Source of the DNA: Sedimentisphaerales bacterium
GTDB lineage: Bacteria > Planctomycetota > Phycisphaerae > Sedimentisphaerales > SM23-30
Assembly (NCBI GenBank): GCA_963663965.2
Contig: CAXXFK010000007.1
Span: 32,001 to 96,000 of the forward strand
Length of the DNA stretch: 64,000 bases
Direction: 5' to 3'
Shown here: piece after piece, positions 31,477 through 40,333 of the stretch
Layout of the letters: each line of letters begins with the position of its first letter
Numbering within the stretch: the stretch's first letter is position 1
Program-made: the position numbers and the translations under genes
Notes under the pieces: generated by a model
Told to the model about the DNA's origin: nothing
Database searches by the model: none
What the model saw: the letters and a program-made list of their open reading frames with translations, nothing else

Positions 31477-32961
31477 CTAGAGAATTTTGGGAGAGTCGGC
31501 ATTTTTTATCGGCAGGGTAAATCGGACGGTGGCGCCAGAATTGTGATCTGTCGATTCAATCCAGATGGTCCCGCCATGGGCTTCAACAATGCGCTTAACA
31601 ACGCTTAGTCCCAGTCCGTAACCGGAATGTCGTTTGTCGAGTTGTTTAAAGGCCTCGAAAATTTCGTGACGATCCTCGGGGGCAATCCCCATGCCGTTAT
31701 CCTGTACAAAAAAGACCGCGCTGTCGCTACGCATATCGAAACCGATCCGAATGACTGGCGGGTGATTTTTTCTGCGGTATTTAATGGCATTTTCTATCAG
31801 ATTCTGGAAAACCTGGCCTATGCGCACCGGATCGCCCTGTACGATCGGCATAGATGGCTGAATCTGGATATCTGCCTGGTGTTCTGCAATTGTGGCGGAT
31901 AATAGCCGGGCAACATCCTCAACCAGTTCGGTCACAGGGATATCAACCGGTTTTTCCAGTGATTTGCCAGCGCGGGATAATTTGAGTACTCTGTCGATCA
32001 GACGATCCATTTTGTCGACTGCGGCAAGGATGAGTTCAATATCATGTTTAGCCCTTTCAGGATCCGTTTTATCCTGATCCAGCTCCCGCTTGAGCAGGCT
32101 GGCAAACCCGCTGATGGTTACCAGGGGGCTTTTAAGGTCGTGCGATACGGTACCGGCAAACCGTTCCAGTTCCAGATTAACTTTGGCGAGTTGGCCCATC
32201 ATGCGGTTTCGTTCAGAGTCATATTTGCGAATCTTGAAAAAGCAATAGCTCAGGCCGGCAAACCCCACCAGCAGTACTAGTGTATACCTGATGATGGTCG
32301 AAGTCCAAAGTTGGTGTCGGCGAATCAAGAAACTCTCCATGGGTAAGGCCACCCCGACGCCTCCCCTGATGTCGCCCACTTGATAACCCTGGTTGCCGTG
32401 GCATTTTAAGCATCCTTCTGAAACGAGCATTGGTTTCATCAATCGCAAACAGGTTTTTCCATTCAGCTGTGTGAATTCAACCACTTCTTTATCCCCCTGT
32501 TCGAACGCCTGTAAGGCACGGGTCTCCCAGGGATCCGGAGCGTTTTTGGGATTTAGCGTTTTCAGACTGGTAATGTGCCCGGCGATACCGTAATAGTTGG
32601 AGAAATAGTCATTCATCTGCCGCACCATATAGGCAGGATTCATCAAAGTCAGTTGTTTACCGGATGGCGTGGTAATGTCCCGTTCTGGAACATGAGATAA
32701 ATAGGGATTGGCCGGGGTCTGATCCGTCAGGGGAATATAAACTCCGCCGTGCAGGGTGGCCCAGAAACGAAAGGCCTGATCTTTATTGAAGTTGGCCCGG
32801 GCGCTGTTGAGGGCCATTTCCTTAGTAGTCAGATAGGTCTGTGTCAAAGAAAAGGCGCATAAAATCAGAATAAGAATGGTCCAGACGGTCCCAAGTAAAG
32901 CAAACCTGGACTGATAAGGTTTCTTCGAAGTACGTATCCCGTCTGAAATCCAATTTAACAT
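31477..32961 (-). CDS. Sensor histidine kinase with a DUF3365 heme-c domain
   Basis: HGGVY, NPAYMVRQ, PDPWE, CLKCH and GDIRGG sensor motifs; SHDLKSPL, NAIKY and GYGLGL kinase motifs. Confidence 0.92.
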   Translation of the reverse strand: MLNWISDGIRTSKKPYQSRFALLGTVWTILILILCAFSLTQTYLTTKEMALNSARANFNKDQAFRFWATLHGGVYIPLTDQTPANPYLSHVPERDITTPSGKQLTLMNPAYMVRQMNDYFSNYYGIAGHITSLKTLNPKNAPDPWETRALQAFEQGDKEVVEFTQLNGKTCLRLMKPMLVSEGCLKCHGNQGYQVGDIRGGVGVALPMESFLIRRHQLWTSTIIRYTLVLLVGFAGLSYCFFKIRKYDSERNRMMGQLAKVNLELERFAGTVSHDLKSPLVTISGFASLLKRELDQDKTDPERAKHDIELILAAVDKMDRLIDRVLKLSRAGKSLEKPVDIPVTELVEDVARLLSATIAEHQADIQIQPSMPIVQGDPVRIGQVFQNLIENAIKYRRKNHPPVIRIGFDMRSDSAVFFVQDNGMGIAPEDRHEIFEAFKQLDKRHSGYGLGLSVVKRIVEAHGGTIWIESTDHNSGATVRFTLPIKNADSPKIL

Positions 32962-33167
32962 GATAATTCCTTATTGACCATGGCGATTTTAAAATGTTCT
33001 GTTAACAGATCAAGAGTTTTTTTGAAATAATACACAAATTGTTCGTGAGCCGGCTAAGTAATGGCAGGCGCGATAGTTACGGAGAATATTTGATTTTAGC
33101 ATTTAAGGGGGCTATGATGACAATCCTGTGATTAATACTGGCGTACTCGTAAACAGGAGATTCAGGT

Positions 33168-33866
33168 ATGATAGAAGGTGATTTTACTCAGGAAACCTGG
33201 CGTGTGTTTCGTATTATGGCGGAATTCGTGGAGGGTTTTGATGAATTGAGCAAAATGGGGCCGGCGGTATCGATTTTTGGCTCGGCCCGGACGGAGCCGG
33301 AGGATCGCTATTATAAGCTGGCGGAAAAAACCGCTCGTGAGGTGGTCAAGGCGGGATTTGCGGTGATTACCGGCGGCGGCGGCGGGATTATGGAGGCGGC
33401 CAATAAAGGCGCGTATGAATCCGGTGGCACCAGTGTGGGATTGAATATCGAATTGCCCCATGAACAAAAGCCCAACCCGTATCAGAACATTTCGCTGGAA
33501 TTCAAATATTTCTTTGCCCGCAAGATGATGTTTACCAAATACGCGCGCGGATTCATTATTATGCCGGGCGGGTTTGGCACGCTGGATGAGTATTTTGAAT
33601 CACTCACATTGATGCAGACGGTTAAGATGGCCAAGTTTCCGGTGGTAATGATGGGTAGTGATTACTGGCGGGGTCTGCTGGACTGGATTAAGGATGTCAT
33701 GCTGAGAGAAGGAACGATCTCGGAAGAGGATATTGATTTATATAAGCTGACCGATGATCCTGAAGAGGCGGTCCGGTTTATTAAGCAGGGTGAAACCAAA
33801 GCCTGGACCGAGCCGGCCGGGGTAGTCACCCGGCGCCTGGATGGACAGACCGGTTCAGATATTTAG
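33168..33866 (+). CDS. LOG family (TIGR00730) nucleotide phosphoribohydrolase
   Basis: FGSART, TGGGGGIMEAAN, YFFARK and PGGFGTLDE motifs. Confidence 0.92.
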   Translation: MIEGDFTQETWRVFRIMAEFVEGFDELSKMGPAVSIFGSARTEPEDRYYKLAEKTAREVVKAGFAVITGGGGGIMEAANKGAYESGGTSVGLNIELPHEQKPNPYQNISLEFKYFFARKMMFTKYARGFIIMPGGFGTLDEYFESLTLMQTVKMAKFPVVMMGSDYWRGLLDWIKDVMLREGTISEEDIDLYKLTDDPEEAVRFIKQGETKAWTEPAGVVTRRLDGQTGSDI

Positions 33867-33920
33867 TTAAGAATAGATTATTTAAGGCGCCTGGCCTTAA
33901 TTTTGAAAGGATGTTGCTCG

Positions 33921-34643
33921 ATGTATTTACTGCCTGCTATCGATTTGCGCGATGGCAAATGTGTGCGTTTGATTCAGGGAGATTATGGCCGTCAGATCGA
34001 CTATGGGGATGATCCGGTGGCCCAGGCCCGGGCTTTTGAACAGGCCGGCGCGTCCTGGCTGCATGTCGTGGATCTCGATGGCGCGCTCAAGGGCGGGCAT
34101 TTTAATCTGGATGTTTTGCAGCGGATTCGCCAGGAGACGCGGTTGAATATCGAGTTGGGGGGCGGCGTGCGGAGCGAAGAGTCAGTGAAAGCATTGCTGG
34201 ATTCAGGAATTACCCGGGCGATTGTGGGCACGCGGGCGCTGGAAGATCTGTCGTGGTTTGAAAAACTGGTGCGCGACTATCCCGGCAAAATTGTGCTGGG
34301 TCTGGATGCCAGAGACGGCCTGATTGCCACGCGCGGCTGGACCGAAACCGGAACCGTTACAGTGGAACAGATGGCCGATACGGTGAACGACTGGCCGCTG
34401 GCGGCGATTGTTTATACGGATATCGCGCGGGATGGGATGCTGACCGGGCCCAATGTTGAGGCGACCGGGCGGCTGGCCAGTCGCTGCAAAGTGGAAGTCA
34501 TTGCGTCCGGCGGCGTTGGTGAACTGGATCATCTGCGCCAGATTACAACGATACCGGTTGGCGGCGTTATCGTCGGGCGAGCATTGTATGAAGGCAAGTT
34601 TACCGTTAAGGAAGCGTTGGCGGTTGTGGAAGGAAAGGAATAG
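33921..34643 (+). CDS. hisA: ProFAR isomerase (histidine biosynthesis)
   Basis: PAIDLRDGKCVRLIQGDY, LHVVDLDGA, TDIARDGMLTGPN and IASGG motifs. Confidence 0.96.
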   Translation: MYLLPAIDLRDGKCVRLIQGDYGRQIDYGDDPVAQARAFEQAGASWLHVVDLDGALKGGHFNLDVLQRIRQETRLNIELGGGVRSEESVKALLDSGITRAIVGTRALEDLSWFEKLVRDYPGKIVLGLDARDGLIATRGWTETGTVTVEQMADTVNDWPLAAIVYTDIARDGMLTGPNVEATGRLASRCKVEVIASGGVGELDHLRQITTIPVGGVIVGRALYEGKFTVKEALAVVEGKE

Positions 34644-34648
34644 GCCGG

Positions 34649-35098
34649 ATGCGAATGGTGGTGCAGCGGGTGACCCGGGCGGCGGTCGAAGTGGATGGCC
34701 AGATCGTCGGGCAGATAGGCCAAGGGTTGCTGGTTTATCTTGGCGTTGGCCATGATGATACGGAAAAAGATTGTGAGTTTATTGCGGACAAGATCGCTCA
34801 TTTGCGCATTTTTGAAGATGATCAGGGGAAGATGAATCGAAGTGTATTGGATATCGGCGGCGCGGTGCTGCTGGTCAGTCAGTTTACCCTTTATGGGGAT
34901 TGCCGCAAGGGCCGCCGGCCGGGTTTCGATGCCGCCGGTGATCCCGCCAGGGCCGATCAATTATATCGGGAGGTAATCCGGCGGGTTCAGCAATTGGGTG
35001 TTCCGGTTGAACAGGGCCGGTTCGCCGCGCATATGAAGGTGTCGAGTGTTAATGACGGACCGGTGACATTTATGCTGGACAGCTCGAGGATATTTTAA
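34649..35098 (+). CDS. dtd: D-aminoacyl-tRNA deacylase
   Basis: MRMVVQRV, SQFTL and NDGPVT motifs. Confidence 0.96.
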   Translation: MRMVVQRVTRAAVEVDGQIVGQIGQGLLVYLGVGHDDTEKDCEFIADKIAHLRIFEDDQGKMNRSVLDIGGAVLLVSQFTLYGDCRKGRRPGFDAAGDPARADQLYREVIRRVQQLGVPVEQGRFAAHMKVSSVNDGPVTFMLDSSRIF

Positions 35099-35143
35099 TC
35101 AGTAGCCAGAAGTGATAGCGGATTGAAGCTTATTTACTGCCGG

Positions 35144-36367
35144 CTACAACAGCGGTTCGTGTTTTTCAACCGGAGCGCCTTTTTGAGCGTCTTCGATATT
35201 TTTGAAGGGCGACATACTGCGGAGCCACTGGATTTTGGGCGGCAGGTTGTTGATTACGTAATCGATTTCTTCGGCGGTGGTATTGCGGCTGAGACTAAAG
35301 CGGATCGAACCGTGAACGGCGGTGAAAGGAACGCCCATTGCGCGCAGGACGTGGGAGGGTTCCAGCGAGCCGCTGGTACAGGCCGAGCCGCTGGAGGCGG
35401 CAATGTTCAAATGATCCATCAGCATGAGAATCGCTTCGCCTTCAATCAATTCAAAGCTGATATTGGTGGTATTGGGTAATCGGGAATCACGCGTGCCGTT
35501 AACACGGGTATTGTCGCAGGCTGCGAGAATGCCATTTTCCAGTTTGTCGCGGAGTTGGGCGACCCGGGTTTGTTCATCATGAAGGTATTTTTTGGACAGT
35601 TCACAGGCTTTGCCCAAGCCGACGATGGCGGCCACGTTTTCTGTACCGGCACGCCGGCCATGTTCCTGATGGCCTCCGGTCATATAGGGTTTGAAGCGGG
35701 TGCCCTTGCGGACAAACAAAGCGCCAATGCCCTTGGGGCCGTGCAGCTTATGGCCGGACAGACTTAGCATGTCGACCGTTACTTTTTGCAGGTCAAGCGG
35801 AATTTTGCCAACTGCCTGGACGGCGTCGGTATGGATCGTAACGCCGCGCGACTTGGCGATGGCCGCCAGCCGGGCCATGGGAAAAATGACACCGGTTTCA
35901 TTGTTGGCGTACATGATAGTGACAATTGCGGTTTCGTCGGCAATCGCCTGCAGGAGATGATCGGGGTCGAGCCGGCCCTCTTCATTGACGGGCAACTCGG
36001 TTAAACGGCATCCTTTTTTCTGCCAGATACGGCAGGTGGTGCGAATGGCGGGATGTTCCACGCGACTGGTGATAATGTGGCGCTTGTTGGCATCGACATC
36101 CAGGGCGCCGACAACCGCAGTAATATCGCTTTCGGTGCCGCCGCTGGTAAAGATGATTTCTTCCGGATGGCAGTTGAGCAGATCGGCGACCTGCTGGCGC
36201 GCTTCATCGATTTTATGCCGGAGATGGCCGCCGAATGAATGCATACTGGAGGCATTACCATAATGCTTGGTCAGGTAAGGCATCATGACCTCCAGCACTT
36301 CCGGATCCATTGGGGTGGTGGCGTTATTATCGAAATAGACGACATCTTGTCTGCGGGTATCGGTCAT
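35144..36367 (-). CDS. nifS: Cysteine desulfurase, NifS type
   Basis: YFDNNATT, HTDAVQ, SGHKLHGPKG and SSGSACTSGSLEPSHVL motifs; lies downstream of nifU. Start at ATG 36367. Confidence 0.93.
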   Translation of the reverse strand: MTDTRRQDVVYFDNNATTPMDPEVLEVMMPYLTKHYGNASSMHSFGGHLRHKIDEARQQVADLLNCHPEEIIFTSGGTESDITAVVGALDVDANKRHIITSRVEHPAIRTTCRIWQKKGCRLTELPVNEEGRLDPDHLLQAIADETAIVTIMYANNETGVIFPMARLAAIAKSRGVTIHTDAVQAVGKIPLDLQKVTVDMLSLSGHKLHGPKGIGALFVRKGTRFKPYMTGGHQEHGRRAGTENVAAIVGLGKACELSKKYLHDEQTRVAQLRDKLENGILAACDNTRVNGTRDSRLPNTTNISFELIEGEAILMLMDHLNIAASSGSACTSGSLEPSHVLRAMGVPFTAVHGSIRFSLSRNTTAEEIDYVINNLPPKIQWLRSMSPFKNIEDAQKGAPVEKHEPLL

Positions 36368-36404
36368 GATAATCCTTATAAAAAAGGGGAAATAAAATCG
36401 ATGG

Positions 36405-37259
36405 TTATTTTTGTTCGACAACTACCAGATCGTCACTGACAAATTCGCGTAATCGTTTCTGGACTACCTCGGCCAGGGTAAATTCGGCGACCTGGCACTG
36501 GGAACACATGCCGCGTAAAGCGATGATAACGTTGTTGCCATCGACATCGATCAATTCCAGATCGCCGCCATCGGCCTGAAGCGCCGGGCGAACCTGCTGA
36601 TCGAGGGTTTGTTCGATCAGTTTGATTTTTTGTATGGTGGTCAGTTTGTCCGGGTGTTTGGGTTCGGGCTTGACGGGAATAAAGGTTGAATCAACCTCGG
36701 CGCGGACCAGGTCGATCAATTGCTCGATCTCTTTGTGGCAGCCGCCGCAGCCCCCCCCGGCCTTGCAGTAGTTGGTCACATCTTCTACGGTTTTAAGGTT
36801 GTTTTCGGCGACAACATGGCGAATTTCATCTTCGGTTACACCATAACACGTACAGATGACATGTCCCTTCAGCTCATGCTTGATGGTCCCGCCGCTGTGA
36901 TAATTTTCAACAGCCGCCTCGAGCGCTTCGCGGCCCATAACCGAACAGTGCATTTTCTGTTCGGGCAGTCCCCCCAGATAATCGGCGATATCCTTATTGG
37001 TGACCTGAAGGGCCTCATCGAGGGTTTTGCCTTTGATCAGTTCGGTCAGGGCGGAAGATGACGCAATGGCGCTGCCGCAGCCGAAGGTCTGAAATTTTAC
37101 ATCAGAGATTCGCCCATCATCATCCAGCTTGAACATTAACTTGAGCGCATCGCCGCAGGCCAGCGATCCAACCTCGCCGACGCCATCAGGATTATCAATT
37201 TCTCCGACGTTGCGGGGATTAAAAAAATGCTCTTTTACTTTATCGGTATAGTCCCACAT
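36405..37259 (-). CDS. nifU: Three-domain Fe-S scaffold protein NifU
   Basis: IscU domain (CGD, FGCGSA, KMHCS), BFD-like CTC...CGGC, and Nfu domain DGGD...CSQC. Confidence 0.95.
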   Translation of the reverse strand: MWDYTDKVKEHFFNPRNVGEIDNPDGVGEVGSLACGDALKLMFKLDDDGRISDVKFQTFGCGSAIASSSALTELIKGKTLDEALQVTNKDIADYLGGLPEQKMHCSVMGREALEAAVENYHSGGTIKHELKGHVICTCYGVTEDEIRHVVAENNLKTVEDVTNYCKAGGGCGGCHKEIEQLIDLVRAEVDSTFIPVKPEPKHPDKLTTIQKIKLIEQTLDQQVRPALQADGGDLELIDVDGNNVIIALRGMCSQCQVAEFTLAEVVQKRLREFVSDDLVVVEQK

Positions 37260-37348
37260 GAAGGCAGGTCCTTTCTGTTTCGTTCATAAAACAGTGAATA
37301 ATATTTCCACTTTAACATTAAGTTGAATGCTTACTTAACATACATTTT

Positions 37349-37377
37349 ATTATAGTACGATTTGAATCTATTGTCCA
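37349..37377 (-). promoter_or_regulatory. Putative sigma-70 promoter of nifUS
   Basis: TGGACA-N17-TATAAT on the minus strand. Confidence 0.6.
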
Positions 37378-37571
37378 TTTTACTACGAAATTTCAGAGAT
37401 TAGATTGAGCCGTTTTATGGTCTGATAAGGCAGAAAGGCGAGCTGTGCCATAAGTGTTTAAAAATAAAGGTATTAAAAGTGGCCGTCTAATTGTCAACAA
37501 AATAATATACACTGTGTATTATATTTTCCCCGTTCGCTCTTTATAGCTGTTTCAAGATATTTGAGGATGGC

Positions 37572-37620
37572 TTGACAAACAGTCGGCTGGATTGTTAAAA
37601 TGTTAGACTAAACTAACTTT
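37572..37620 (+). promoter_or_regulatory. feoAB promoter with an adjacent DtxR/MntR-type operator
   Basis: TTGACA-N18-TAAAAT with an extended TG, immediately followed by the palindrome GTTAG-ACTAAA-CTAAC (37602-37617). Confidence 0.65.
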
Positions 37621-37671
37621 TGCGTATAACCGATAAAATTTACAGAGAGAAAGTTAAGAGGTCTAACTTTT

Positions 37672-37920
37672 ATGGCCCCAACATTGTTTGATCTGGTAAC
37701 TGGCGATCATGCCCGGATAGTGCGAGTGCACAAACAGGGTGAGTCTGAATTGCGCCGGCGCTTACTGGATATGGGGGTCACGCGCGGGTCGGAGTTAATG
37801 GTGGAGCGCCATGCCCCGCTGGGCGATCCAGTTGAAATTTCCATTAAGGGTTATTATCTTGCTTTAAGAATGCGTGAGGCGCAACAAATCGAAGTCGAGA
37901 TCATCGCTCCTGGGGTCTGA
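37672..37920 (+). CDS. feoA: Ferrous iron transport protein A
   Basis: RRRLLDMGV, APLGDPVEI and LALRMREA motifs. Confidence 0.95.
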   Translation: MAPTLFDLVTGDHARIVRVHKQGESELRRRLLDMGVTRGSELMVERHAPLGDPVEISIKGYYLALRMREAQQIEVEIIAPGV

Positions 37921-37997
37921 AATTTTGAAATTACCTGCCGGCCCATGAAAACTTGCGATTCCATCCAGAAATAATAAGGTTTTAAACATATCATCCT

Positions 37998-40148
37998 ATG
38001 CCATTACCCCCCAAAACCATTGCGTTAGCCGGTAATCCCAATGCGGGTAAAACCTCGATTTTTAATGAGATGACCGGTTCCGCCCAACAAGTCAGCAATT
38101 ATCCTGGCGTTACGGTTGAGCGGAAAGAAGGCATGATGCGCTGTGGTTGCGGGCGTGTTCGGGTGATCGATCTGCCGGGTACCTATTCGCTGAGCGCCTA
38201 TTCACCAGAGGAAGTTATCGCGCGCGATGTGATAATCAATGACCAGCCCGACCTGGTAGTGAACATTATTGACGCGTCTAATCTGGAGCGTAATTTGTAT
38301 TTGACCATCCAGCTGATGGAATTACGCCCGGAAATGATCCTCGTGCTGAATATGATCGATCGGGCAGAGAAAAATGGATTGGCGATCGATATTGAGAAAA
38401 TGTCGAAATTGCTGGGGGTTGGAGTGGTAACGACCATTGCCAATCGGTCCGAAGGGATCAAAAAGCTGGTTTGCCAGTGTGATCAAGCCATGAACCAGAC
38501 CGGGCACACGCCCCCGGCGTTGATTACCTATGGCCATCCCATAGACGAAGTGATCGGCAGGGTTCAAGCCGTAATTGAAAGCGCCATTGGCAATACCGGC
38601 CGCTATCAGTCCCGTTGGCTGGCGGTTAAATTGATCGAAGGTGAAGACCAGGTAATTCGTCTGGTACAAACCATGGCCCGCGAACATTATGGCGAAATTA
38701 ATCAAGCGGTAAACCGGGCAGCGAAACATATCGAGGACCATTTTAATGATGATGTGGCTTCGATCATTGCTGAGCGCCGGTTTGGCTTTGCCGCGGGAGT
38801 CGTGCGTGAATGCGTGACACTTCGGGGCCAGGCGCGCCAGCAGGCAACAGATCAGATCGATGAAATCGTATGTCACAAAGTATTTGGGCCGCTTATTCTG
38901 GTGGCGGCGGTCACCGCATTATTTTTTGCTGTATTCAAATTATCCGATGAATGGCGGTGGATTCCCTGGCTGTCCGGTATGGTCAGTCCAACTGGTTTGG
39001 TGGAAATGTTTTTTGGGTGGCTGTCCGGCTTGATTGCCCCGATGGCCCAATCGATGCCAACTTTGCACTCGATTCTTGATGACGCCGTTATTGGCGGCGT
39101 GGGCGGAGTGTTGGGGTTTGTTCCATTGATTTTTATCATGTTCTTTTTTATTGGCATTTTAGAGGACTGTGGTTATGTCGCCCGTGTTGCCTTTATTATG
39201 GACCGGATTTTACGGATATTTGGATTGCAGGGTAAATCGATATTGCCGATGATAGTTGCCGGCGGTCTGGGGGCGGGCGGATGTGCCGTTCCGGCAGTCA
39301 TGGCAACGCGGATTCTGCGCGATGAAAAAGACCGGCTCATTACCATGCTGGTCGTGCCTTTTATGAATTGCGGCGCCAAATTGCCGGTGTTTGCCATGTT
39401 AATCGCGGCGTTCTTCCCCCATGCGCGAACCCGGGCCATGCTGGGGCTGTGGGTTTTGTCCTGGGTGGTGGCGCTGATTTGTGCCCTGATTCTCCGTAAA
39501 TGGGTTATTAAGGGCGAGCAGACTCCGTTTGTGATGGAATTGCCATCGTATCATATCCCAATGGTAAAGGGTGTATTGCGACATTCCATTGAACGGACCT
39601 GGTTGTATATCAAAAAGGCCGGCACGATCATTCTGGCAGTGAATCTGTTGGTATGGGCGGCTATGTCGTTTCCTAAACTGCCCCAGGAGCAGGCAGTCAA
39701 TGATCTGGGTCAGCCATTGGCAGCTGTTGAACTGGCGGAAAAAGAGTTGGGGTATAGCTTTGCCGGGCGAATCGGTCACGCATTAGAACCGTTGAGCGAA
39801 TGGGCCGGCTTTGATTGGCGCACCAATATTGCACTGGCCAGTGGATTTGCGGCCAAGGAACTCATTGTCAGCGCGATGGGAACGGTGTATTCGATCAGCG
39901 AACAGGGGGAAGGTGAACCCTTTAATTTATCGCAGCATCTGGCCGAGAGTCCGCAATGGGGACCGGTGCGGGCGTTTGCCCTGATGGTGTTTGTGATGTT
40001 GTATGCTCCCTGTCTGGCGACCGTGGCGGTAATTCGGCGCGAGAGCAACTCCTGGAAGTGGCCGGCGTTTTCCGTTTTCTGGTCCACGTTTCTGGCGTTC
40101 GTGCTGGCCGTGGTCATTTATCAGCTTGGGAATATAGTCATTCCGTAG
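37998..40148 (+). CDS. feoB: Ferrous iron transport protein B
   Basis: GNPNAGKT, NYPGVTVE, DLPGTYS and NMID G-motifs; Gate-region motifs CAVPA, MELPSY and YAPC. Confidence 0.96.
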   Translation: MPLPPKTIALAGNPNAGKTSIFNEMTGSAQQVSNYPGVTVERKEGMMRCGCGRVRVIDLPGTYSLSAYSPEEVIARDVIINDQPDLVVNIIDASNLERNLYLTIQLMELRPEMILVLNMIDRAEKNGLAIDIEKMSKLLGVGVVTTIANRSEGIKKLVCQCDQAMNQTGHTPPALITYGHPIDEVIGRVQAVIESAIGNTGRYQSRWLAVKLIEGEDQVIRLVQTMAREHYGEINQAVNRAAKHIEDHFNDDVASIIAERRFGFAAGVVRECVTLRGQARQQATDQIDEIVCHKVFGPLILVAAVTALFFAVFKLSDEWRWIPWLSGMVSPTGLVEMFFGWLSGLIAPMAQSMPTLHSILDDAVIGGVGGVLGFVPLIFIMFFFIGILEDCGYVARVAFIMDRILRIFGLQGKSILPMIVAGGLGAGGCAVPAVMATRILRDEKDRLITMLVVPFMNCGAKLPVFAMLIAAFFPHARTRAMLGLWVLSWVVALICALILRKWVIKGEQTPFVMELPSYHIPMVKGVLRHSIERTWLYIKKAGTIILAVNLLVWAAMSFPKLPQEQAVNDLGQPLAAVELAEKELGYSFAGRIGHALEPLSEWAGFDWRTNIALASGFAAKELIVSAMGTVYSISEQGEGEPFNLSQHLAESPQWGPVRAFALMVFVMLYAPCLATVAVIRRESNSWKWPAFSVFWSTFLAFVLAVVIYQLGNIVIP

Positions 40149-40246
40149 TTACCCGGCATCAAGGTATGGGCGCCACAACCCGGGGATGGGCGGGCCAGGT
40201 CGGCCTTTGAAGTCCATTTGGAATCAATTTGGTTCCTTGTATAGGA

Positions 40247-40275
40247 TTGACTTTTATAACGGGTATCAGGATAAT
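40247..40275 (+). promoter_or_regulatory. Putative sigma-70 promoter
   Basis: TTGACT-N17-GATAAT upstream of the AAGGAGG RBS of the 40334 gene. Confidence 0.5.
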
Positions 40276-40333
40276 TGGGCGTCACGTTGTTTTGCTTTAA
40301 ATCCATTTTCCCGGCATTGGAAGGAGGCCTGTT

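Noticed and set aside
35144..37259. Nitrogen fixation cluster
   Set aside because: No nifH, nifD, nifK or other nif genes are in the window; NifSU alone indicates Fe-S assembly.
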